DNA of 64,000 nucleotides from Pocillopora damicornis (Eukaryota): NCBI RefSeq assembly GCF_003704095.1, contig NW_020845558.1, positions 682,001 to 746,000 of the forward strand, read 5' to 3'. Shown piece by piece: positions 50,240 to 61,109 of this stretch (position 1 is its first letter; each line of letters starts with the position of its first letter). The notes under the pieces were generated by a model. It saw only the letters and a program-made list of their open reading frames with translations, ran no database searches and was not told where the DNA came from. The position numbers and the translations under genes were made by a program.

Positions 50240-51618
50240 TAATCAGACTCCTGGTGCTTCCTGTTTGCGCGTGGTATTCGAATTAGCCTACTGACCTCAA
50301 AAGTACAATATAGCTAGCTAGCATAGTCCAAATTAAACGAGCAACCTGCTTTTCAAAGCAGAAATTTTGACTTATGAGATAAAACCTCAATTATTTTCTC
50401 TAACACAAATATCCCTCTCTACATTTTTTCTGTGGCTATAACCACAGCCTGCCACTGAAAGACCATTCCACCTTAAACTCTCTTATCTCTTATAGACTGC
50501 ATGAGATTTAAAACAGGGCCTGTATATCAGCCGAGAAGATAAGTTTAGCAATTATGTATTCTACATGAAAGCTTTCTAGAAATTTTTAGGAGTTTTTTAT
50601 TGACCTTTACCTTGACATACCCAAGCTTGAGGGCAGAAGTCTTAATAATTGACGGGTTAGAACAAAAAAAAGCAGCCTGCCCTTTCCGTAAAAATTTATT
50701 GAGTCTGAATGAAATCCTCCAGCATTTTTTTTCTTCGTTAGTAGGATGTTTAAAAAATGATTTCCCAAAAGAAATCTATAATCACTCCAAAATTGTCTTT
50801 AGATATGCCCAAAACTAGAATAAGGACGCTGCCATATTGGAAAATAAATTTAGTATCCTGGCTGCACACGCACTTAAACGTCCCAAGGTTAGATTACATA
50901 AAGCTGGTCTTCTGGTTACCAACAAATTTTTATCATTTGAGTCGAAAGTGCCTTTTACGTAGCTCGTCATTGTTTAAAAGATTGCCAAGAGAGGATAAAA
51001 TTGAGAAAACAAAAAGAGATTTAACAAGTTACAGGTAAGAGTCCAGGGGCGTGTTTGTCAAAAGTCCCGAAACCTTTTAAGATTCGATTTTTAGGGTCCT
51101 TTTAGGGTCTGCCATTGCCTCGAGGCCCACAGAAACTTTTCTTTCTCGTCTTCGCTGACGAATTCATTGACCACATTTGTCGGAGCTGAGTTACAAGCTC
51201 ATAACCTGGCCCCCTTCAACCAATCAGAAGGCTAATCGTGCCCTAGTTTTTACCAATTTGATCTAGAGTCTGGATCAAGCCATAAACTGAAAAAACCTGA
51301 AAATAATTGCAATTTTGCAAAAAAGTAAAGTCAGGATAATAAACGAGTTTAGATATGATGCTAATACAGATCCTATTTTCAAGAAACCCACGTGCGTTAA
51401 TTTCACGACATTTGTTTTGTACACTGGTCATGTTCATATTCTCATTAAAAAAAATATCCTCGCTCGAATATTTTGAAACAGATTCATGGGAAACAACCAA
51501 ACCAACAGGTACAACACAAAGCACGAAGAATCCTTTAATCTACATTACGTAGTACAAATATTTCCTGATGATAATTATAATCGCAATCAAATAAACACAT
51601 TAAGAATCCGTTAAGAAG

Positions 51619-52303
51619 TCAACAATTTATTTTGGTCAGTTTAACTTCCACGCTGAATCCGTTCTTCAGATTGGCAAAGACTAGTTTGTTTCCTCGGCTC
51701 GGTTTCTCAGTAACTGTTCTAATCACTCGAACCCTTGGCTCGTAATTAGTTGGAGAACCATGTACCTTGGGTAGTTCTGGAAGAGTTGTGCTCACAATGC
51801 GTGCCAAGGTGACTTCAACTTGGATCTCATCGCTTTCTATTCGAAACATTTCCCGAGCTTTGATATCGTCGGAGGTTCGCAAGACTTTTGAGCCAGGGAA
51901 ATTCAGGTCGGGGTAACTAATGCTTAAGTAAATCTCCTGAGTGTTTTCTTCCGCCATAATCCTGCATTGTCTGCTCACTCCCGAGACAATCCCCCAGGAA
52001 GGAAGAGATGAGGTTTCTTGGAAAACAACATAACCGTATAGTGGAACCAAGACATGATCACGTTCAGGAGATCTTTCAAATCGGACCACATGAGCCTCAC
52101 TGTCTTGCTTAATAACCCTGTATAGCTTAAGTGACTTATCAAATTGTTGTTTATTCCAATAATAGTCAGCAGAGCCTTTATATGAAGGAGTATTTATGTG
52201 AACTGCGTACTCGTAACTCCCATCAGGTGTACTGTGCTCCAGCCAGGCGGTACCGTAGGTGCCACTGGATGGTTTAGCTGAGGGCGTTTGCGAGTTTTGT
52301 GTT
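51619..52303 (-). CDS. C-terminal region of a chondroitin ABC lyase-like paralog
   Basis: TAWLEHSTPDGSYEYAVHI, KQDSEAHVV, YGYVVF, LSISYPDLNF, NGFSVEVKL; similar to the PL8 C-terminal beta domains. Confidence 0.85.
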
Positions 52304-52403
52304 NNNNNNNNNNNNNNNNNNNNNNNNNNNNNNNNNNNNNNNNNNNNNNNNNNNNNNNNNNNNNNNNNNNNNNNNNNNNNNNNNNNNNNNNNNNNNNNNN
52401 NNN

Positions 52404-53001
52404 CGCAGTTCACATAAATACTCCTTCATATAAAGGCTCTGCTGACTATTATTGGAAAAAACAACAATTTGATAAGTCACTTAAGCTCTACAGGGTTATG
52501 AAGCAAGACAGTGAGGCTCATGTGGTCCGATTTGAAAGATCTCCTGAACGTGATCATGTCTTGGTTCCACTATACGGTTACGTTTTTTTCCAAGAAACCT
52601 CATCTCTTCCTTCCTGGGGGATTGTCTCGGGAGTGAACAGACAGTGCAGGATTATGGCGGAAGAAAGCACTCAGGAGATTTACTTAAGCATTAGTTACCC
52701 TGACCTGAATTTCCCTGGCTCAAAAGTCTTGCAAACCTCTGGCGATATTGGAGCTCGGGAGATGTATCAAATAGAAAGCGGTGAGATACAAGTTGAAGTC
52801 ACCTTGGCACGCACTGTGAGCACTACTCTTCCAAAAACGCCCGTAGTGCACGGTTCTCCAACTGGCTACGTGCCAAGGGTTCACGTGGTCGAAAGAGCAA
52901 GCGGCGAGAAACCAAGCCGAGGAAACAGGCTAGTCTTCGCTAATTTAAAGAACGGATTCAGTGTTGAGGTGATATTGACGAAAATAACTTGTGATCAATA
53001 A
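52404..53001 (+). CDS. C-terminal region of another chondroitin ABC lyase-like paralog
   Basis: Close paralog of 51619-52303, ending ...VILTKITCDQ*. AATAAA at 53152-53157. Confidence 0.85.
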
Positions 53002-54231
53002 GCGGATTAATGTATGAAGCCACTCATGTTTACTTCGCTTTACAATTCAAGCAGTATTCAAAATATTTGATTGAAATTCTAATTAACAACAAGGACAAAG
53101 TAATTATCAATATTGCACAATCTTTCTTAGAATTGCACTACGCATATGAGTAATAAACGATGGATGAAAATGTTATTGAAAGTCTATCATTTTTTGAGTT
53201 TTTAAAGTCAACCATAACACTTGACCACCCCGCACGCTCGGCAGAGGGCGTACCAAGTCTGTCACTGGTGATGTTCACTTGCTGATTTGTATGACGGCAA
53301 ACTTTGAGTTATTTACTCGAAACATTGGCATGATAGCGTAGAAAGTCTCAATGTGTTTCTTTCCTGTTGATTTTTGTTCCAATACCTGAAATTTCTACTG
53401 CCACAAGAAAAAAATCCTATCGGTTTTCATCAATCATATCTGTCTTTTCTGATGAGAACAGTCCTGTCTAACAACTGAGAATTTTAAAAGAATAATTGCC
53501 ATCGGAAAGGGACCTACGTGCTTCTCTGAAAACGTAGCTTTATGCATATCTTTCAGAAACTTTGCTAATATACGGTAAAATTGAACGTTAGTTGAGTCTG
53601 CTGATAAGAAGGTATGGAGGGGGGAGGGCAAATCCCCCTGTTTTTCTTCCTTCTCTGTTTGACCGTTTTTTTCGAAATTGTGGTCATTACTCCCTAGTTA
53701 AAACCCTCAGCTGTCCTTAATTCCCTGAGTACTTTTCCGAACGCTTGCAATTTTTAACAGTTCTAGCCGTGAATGTTCTTCCCCCCTCGGTCAAGTTTAG
53801 TTTTGCTGAATCGTTTACTTCTGAAGTGGGTGACAGAGTTCGACTGAATTGAGGCAAACCTTTCCTGTTAAAAGGAAACTATCTTTATCTCATGTTATTT
53901 TAACGTCCTGTATTTATGTTTCCTTATCTTTGGTGAACATGTCTTTTAAGATATGGTCAAAAATTGTCCATTATCAGTTTCCTTACGAAGAGAAAATATT
54001 TTCCTACAATTTAATCTCATTAATATACATATGAAGTAAGGGGTACCTACTTAACATTTAGATACAAGTATTTATTTCATCTAAATCCATATTTTTTATA
54101 ATTCGATTTATCGATTTTGAACACATGAGAATACCTAAAAGACCAGTAACACAGCCAAGACGTTGAAAATTACTGTTCCAAATGTTTCAAATACTTCTGG
54201 CAGTTTATTTATGCGCGTTTTAAGTCATTAT

Positions 54232-56139
54232 CTAACATTTTGATGTGTCATAGTTGTAAAGAGACGAGTTATAAACAGACTGACTAAAACAGAGTGCAGC
54301 ATCGCTGTCACAGTCACACACGGCCTTCTTACATTCCACATCAACTTTGTCTTCCCATGAGGGGTAGCTGGAAATAGGATCTGAAACAAGCGAAGGTGGA
54401 AATGAAAAAAAAGCATTTAAAATATGAGTACAAACGTACAGCTTAGTTACCTTTTGTGATTTTCAAATTTCAAAACGAAATCTGCATTTATCTTAAAAAA
54501 AGTTTTCCCTAATAGAGTCTGAAGTTTCTATGTGTTGTCCAAGTTTTTTTTTCTTTTTTTACGTTTCTTAGTTTCGAGTTGTTGTGATATCTTTAATAGA
54601 TTATCGCTTATTGATTCCGACAATTACCGATGCATACAACTTTGGGGGTAAATGTTCTTAGGATTGTTTGCTCAGCTCGGAAGTTGCTCAGTAAATGATT
54701 AGTAAAAGTGAATAGAATATTCAATTCCGAGTTGAAAGAGAGATAAAGACATTTTTAATTCTAATATACGCTACCTACCACACTGCCTGCATCCTTGGTA
54801 TCTATAAATCACGGAATAAACATGAAAATAAAAGTAACACTTTTCGACCATGGCGACGTCATAGCATTTGTCATGAATTTGACAGCATCTGTTAACGACA
54901 GAAATTCGAAAAGTGCCGTTAAGATAACATGCTTATTCACCTCTACGGTAACATTGGTATGAAAAGGGGATCATGTTGTCACCAAAATATAAATCTAACG
55001 CGCCCTTTGTTGACATCGTCGAAGTGATATTATTTCATTTGTACCCTTCTGTTCTTGAGCTCCAATAGCTCGAAGTTTGCAGTAGTTCCTTTAAGGTATC
55101 ATGCACCAATGGGCGTTAACTATTCTATAATCCTACTGTTACAGAAAAGCATACTTGTCTACGTGGTCCACAGGCTTTCCGCTTCCTCCTGCTCCACACC
55201 AACAACCATAGTCAGCATAATCAAATCTGCTTCTGTTTGTCATACAGTTTACCATGTTACCAAACTGATACAAATTTCGAGCTGTAAATTTGAACGAAAG
55301 GAGACGTGAAGTATTTATTAGAAATCCTGGCTTGGTTTCTCTAAACGGCTTGGTTCTTATACTGACAATATTGTAATCTTCCTGCGGGTAATCTAATGGT
55401 TTTCGTGTAAGTTGTTAATTCGTTTTGATTGTGCAATGCACATATTGGGCTTTGAAGCAACAAAGGAAAACTTCCCCTTTTCTTTACCATCCACAATCAA
55501 CCAACAGAACTAAAGCTTAAGTCATATAAGCAAGATAACTAATACATGATTTATAACTCTTATCCAAATTAAATTTTGCTACAGATGATGGACTCAGGGG
55601 AAGTGCTTTTAACCTACGGCACTTTGAAGAGATCTGAGAGGAACTTTAATCTCGATAAAGAGGGCGAACTTTTCCAACATGATCAGTTTCGGCGAAATTC
55701 GTTAAAAGCTGTTTTCCCACGTGTCCACACTATGACTGCTCGTGCTCCTTATTCCCTTTGATTAATTAATAGTCATGATTCAAACTTTCGTGGAGAACCA
55801 TTCTGAACAAGTTTATGGCATTTTAATAACTCAACCTAATGGTATCTATATCCCACTCACGAACCAACTTAACAGTACTGATCCCTACCTTTGTTATTCA
55901 GAGGTTCACTCAAAGCCTGAAAACAAAAGATAAAAGCTTTGAGGATTTTTGCTTTGGCCTTTGGTTATTTAAATCCACTGGATCAAATTTTCAGATCATA
56001 TTAGATAAATTAGCTCACTGTTAGCTCTGATAACTTAAAATACGATCCTCACCTCATTTTGAAGGAGAATACAAAGAACTAAATAAGCTAAAGCGGTAGG
56101 TAGAACGAAAAGAAATCTTTGCCAAAATTTCCTGGACAT
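54232..56139 (-). CDS. Secreted phospholipase A2 (group I/II/X-like fold), gene B; 5 exons
   Basis: Exons: 56053-56139 ([29 protein letters not shown]); 55889-55916 (ALSEPLNNK); 55155-55281 ([42 protein letters not shown]); 54779-54888 ([37 protein letters not shown]); 54232-54380 ([49 protein letters not shown]). Ca2+ loop, His-Asp and the C-terminal catalytic Asp are intact. Confidence 0.9.
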
Positions 56140-57353
56140 CTCTGCTCTTGGGCTTCAGAGCTTTAAAAGCCTAACATAACAAAGCCGAGTGTAGAAGACG
56201 AAGAACGTGGTTACCACAAAATTTGTTTGCCTTTCATACTATGGTGATTGACAAATGAATGCTGAATTATGAAAAGGCGTCATTGCACCTGTTTCATGAT
56301 TTAAAGTAACTCTGGATTTTCATTTACACAACAATGAGTTGTTTGCATAAAACCTTTTACCACACACTACATAATACTTTTTCGTTTGCTCATCATATTT
56401 CCTGGTTAAATGTTGCCAATTGAACTTCTTCTTGGTCCCTATTACTAAATGTTTTAAAACCAGCATTTAATTATCAATTTTTAAACCGTGTAGCATCTCA
56501 TCTAAGGAAACGTTGTAGAGGATATGGGAAATAAGTCTTTATCATCGGATCATGAATATCGCGGACCCGCTCTTTGAAAGAACATATGACAAAAGATGTT
56601 CTTGCTATGGACACATTCAATGTAAAGAGTGAGCAAATCCTGCGGTTCCTTTGTCATCCCAAAATGACTCTTTTATGAGAATTGAACCATTGTTTTTGTT
56701 GAAACTGTTTCTCTGGCTAAACTTACTTCATCTATATCTAGAAAAGAGAAAAAGACAACAATGATCGAAAATCTCGAATTCGGTATTTACACAGGTTTAG
56801 GACGTCACCGACACTTACGTAACAGTGTAATTCAAAGTAAATTTACTAACACTTTTTTAAAATTCCGTTCTGACTTCAAACTCGTTCATCTGTATTTTTT
56901 TTTCTTTTTTTCCAGAGACAATGCTTAATAAAAATTCGATCGTAGTTTAACCCTGCTAAGCCCACCCGTCTATCCGTAATTAACGCAAAGCACATCAAGA
57001 AGGAACACCATCTTGGATGGTATGGCTAGTACTAACAATTGAGATCGATCGCTTTGTGGCCAGACCCCAAAGAAATATGATATTTTAGAGTATGTGACCA
57101 ATTTCTATCGGACTTTCAATAAAATGATGACTCTTAGAGAATTGAGACAACGATTTGACAAAAAAGGCCTTAATGTTGTTTGCTCTACATAATCAGGAGG
57201 GAAGGGTGGGTTGGGAAGTGATAGAGCTTTCGGAATGAAATTTCGGTTTTCAATATTGTTCTTCAATTCGCACAGATAGAATAGAATTTTTCTCTGATAA
57301 GGCACCTTTTTTTTATTAAGGTATCTAACCATTTTTCATTCATTATTTATGCA

Positions 57354-60300
57354 TCAGCACTTTGAAGTGTCGTAGTCGATATTCGCCGCATTAAAAGTTG
57401 AATTCGCAAAACATTTGGTGGCTTGGCTGTCACATTCACAAAGAGCTCTCTTGCACGTGACATCCACTTCATCAGATGGATAACTAGATTCAGGGTCTGA
57501 AAAGAGATGGTGATAAAAAAAGAAATTTACAAAAGGTGCTAAAATGAAGGCATTGATTGATTCTGCAAAACTCCTTCTCTCGTCATTTCTTTTGCATTTT
57601 TTTCTTGTACAATAATAGCTACTGTACTAAAGCACCTCTTTCCCTGGGCTCTCTTCATCTCGCGATCATAATGTGCAGTACTTTAGAGCAAATGAAAAAT
57701 TCGTTAAAATCTGGCTTGATATCAATCCCATTTCATTGGGACCCTTAGCNNNNNNNNNNNNNNNNNNNNNNNNNNNNNNNNNNNNNNNNNNNNNNNNNNN
57801 NNNNNNNNNNNNNNNNNNNNNNNNNNNNNNNNNNNNNNNNNNNNNNNNNNNNNNNNNNNNNNNNNNNNNNNNNNNNNNNNNNNNNNNNNNNNNNNNNNNN
57901 NNNNNNNNNNNNNNNNNNNNNNNNNNNNNNNNNNNNNNNNNNNNNNNNNNNNNNNNNNNNNNNNNNNNNNNNNNNNNNNNNNNNNNNNNNNNNNNNNNNN
58001 NNNNNNNNNNNNNNNNNNNNNNNNNNNNNNNNNNNNNNNNNNNNNNNNNNNNNNNNNNNNNNNNNNNNNNNNNNNNNNNNNNNNNNNNNNNNNNNNNNNN
58101 NNNNNNNNNNNNNNNNNNNNNNNNNNNNNNNNNNNNNNNNNNNNNNNNNNNNNNNNNNNNNNNNNNNNNNNNNNNNNNNNNNNNNNNNNNNNNNNNNNNN
58201 NNNNNNNNNNNNNNNNNNNNNNNNNNNNNNNNNNNNNNNNNNNNNNNNNNNNNNNNNNNNNNNNNNNNNNNNNNNNNNNNNNNNNNNNNNNNNNNNNNNN
58301 NNNNNNNNNNNNAAATCTTTCTTTTTCTGCTCTTCATCATGATCAATAAATGTAAGTGTTCGCACTTGTTTTTACTCTCAGGTTACAAGTAAGTTAAGCA
58401 CAAATTTATGATCGATGCAATGAAAACCTTTTTGAGTTTGTCTCCTTCTAATCTTAAGTAACGGGAAAGCTCGGCTGTTCAAATCTCTCAGAGTTGAACG
58501 CACTAATCAACCACTTGGTTTTTTTTTTGATGCTGTTTTTTTTCCTTGTTTAATTTGTTTGATCCTTTTTTCCGATAAGATCCGTCTTCTTTAGAATTAA
58601 TTGATACCAAAATGATACCAAAATGAACAAGTAGCAACTTTGCCGTAGTTATCGCAGTGGGTAATAAAAATAGCGTCATTTCTTTGTGCTTCCGTTTTTG
58701 CAACTGACACGCATTTCACGCATGCCTGAAAAATGCAAAAACATTGCGCTTACCTTGAAGGCTACTGAATGCGTTAAGTTGATGATTGACTTTGGAATAG
58801 TGAGAGAAAAGAAATGACTGATTTCAATATGCACGAAATCTTACCACATTTGTGACAGGGAGTGAAAAGGTAGTTAAGAAAGTACGGCTTCCACCACGTA
58901 GAACAGATGGTGTTGTTAACAAGAGCATCGTAACATGAGTCGTGTATTTGGCAGCATCTAAAATACAAATTGATAAAGATATAATGGTGAATTATGAGCG
59001 ATATGCAGGTTCACTGGGAAAATAAGTTCTCCTTTCGGGATGAAAGACAATTTTATGCCATTGTAAACAAACTATAAATGCTATGGGCTTTAAGAATTTT
59101 TGTCATCTTGTAAGCATTGGCTGCGTGATAGTTGTAGGACAAAAAACATCGGCTTAAAATATACTTAAAGAACGAGTGAACTGTCGAAGAGAAGTACGGT
59201 GTAAGGTATCGCATGTCTATTGTAGTGTGCCCAGGGACCCCACCATTTTCTCTATCGTCTGGCGCGGAAAAAAGCGTGGGTATATGAAAGGCAAATAAAG
59301 GGAATGGTGTTTTAGTTTGTTATAAACGTCATGTCAAATATAGCATTTAACGACTGGGTGTTGTAAAACCAAAAACGTTCATATGGTAGTCAATCGTAAC
59401 AACGAAATTGTCGTAAGGAGCAATTATTAATTGATTTTCAGGTGCAGACTTGTAAACTTGCTTCAGGCGAGGACAATACGAGTGACTAAGTACCGATGGG
59501 TTTCAGTTTTCCATCTGCTTTTCAAGTCATTTTCGACCAATATCGTAGCGCGGTAAGCCAAATTTATGCAATTCCAGATTACCGCTGCAGCAAGGAAGTG
59601 AAAATTGATCTATTTAACATAACTTTTTAAAGGCTTTAACAAAAGTGAAAGCCTACGAAGCAGTTTAAGGTAACAATACCTGTCAGTGTCATCAACAGGA
59701 GTACCTGATCCGCCATATCCACACCAACATCCATAATCGTAATAATCCCATGGACTCCGACTTGTGGCGCACCAGATCATTAATCCAAACTGATACAGGT
59801 TCCGCGCTTCAGAGGCCAAATTTTAAATAGGTATAAAATAGTTGGCAATGCATTGACTCAATTTAAATATATTTACGTCTAAAATTATTAACTCTTTCTC
59901 GATTTCTTGAATTTTCTCCCCGTTTGGCCTCTGCTATCATTTGTTATTGGTGATTTTAATCTGTTAGAGTTAGGCAGTAGGTCCTTTTTTTCTCTTTTGA
60001 TTGATAAAAAATGTATCGAAAAACATTTTCTGGTTGGAAAGCTAGCCGATTGGTTGGTATAAGGGATTCGATTAGGATTGATTTTCAATATTAATTTTTG
60101 GATGACATTCTTCGAGCCATTGTTCCCACTGAAGGTCAGTGGAAGTCGTGGGGTGCCCATCATAATTTTTTCTAAAATCTGTTCATTATAAAAGACGTGG
60201 TCCTTGTACCTGTTCGTATTTTTATTGAATAAGGTTTCTTGAAAAGAAATTAAAAATGCACAAAATTTCATGTAAGAGAATAGACTTCATAACTCCACTT

Positions 60301-61109
60301 TGACAAATGTTTAAGTTTTAGAGAGAGCCTCTCAAAGGACAGATTCCTAAAGTTATTTTCATCAGTCCTGCAGTTTTCGTGAGAGGGAAGGCTTCCTATG
60401 GCGTACTGTTACTTTATAATTTGTCTTGAAAGAGGATACACAGGTTTAATTTCCGTGCTAACACATTTGTATTAATGCAGCTGCGCTTAGAACGTTTACC
60501 TACGTTTATGTCATTAATGAACTTACTTTGTTTCCTCTCGAGAGATGGTTTGTCGATTCTCTCCTGGAGGCAAGATAACCACCAAAGTGTAAATACCTAC
60601 CGCCAACAACTGAACTTTGGTACTCTAATAGACTTTGGTAGTTCGACTTAGGATGTGATAATTTGATTTTGTCAACTGAGTTGATAATAAATTGGCCACC
60701 GTAAAGAGTTTCTAACGTTTCGAATGCTAGCTTTCTGTCAGAGCGACTTATTATGTGGACTATTTGAAGATATAGAAATTACATGTACCACCAGGAAACT
60801 TTGCTATCCTCCTAACCTGAAACACCCTTGGCATTGGGTACCCTTAGCTTTGGTAGGGGGTCTTGGTAGTACGAAATGAGCTTTTTTCTAGAGTAGGAGC
60901 GACTATAATGTGAAATATCTCGAAGCTTAAGAGAGTGAGTTTTAAACGATTTTTACGGCTTAGTACCGTATGAAATTGAGTGATATAAAGGAACCAAGCA
61001 CTCATTTTTCGAACCTTGACTCACCTACCTTGAATAGAGACGGCAGGGACAGGACACATACAACACTGGAAACGATAAGAAAAATTGCAGGTGCGGCCAG
61101 TGACTTCAT
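57354..61109 (-). CDS. Secreted phospholipase A2, gene A; 5 exons
   Basis: Exons: 61029-61109 ([27 protein letters not shown]); 60527-60563 ([12 protein letters not shown]); 59680-59806 ([42 protein letters not shown]); 58845-58957 ([38 protein letters not shown]); 57354-57496 ([47 protein letters not shown]). All GT-AG with matching phases. Confidence 0.92.
60656..60748 (-). repeat. Degenerate repeat with a hammerhead-like remnant, in an sPLA2 intron
   Basis: Minus strand tcgctctgacagaaagctagcattcgaaacgttagaaactctttacggtggcc; homologous to 6722-6870. Confidence 0.45.
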
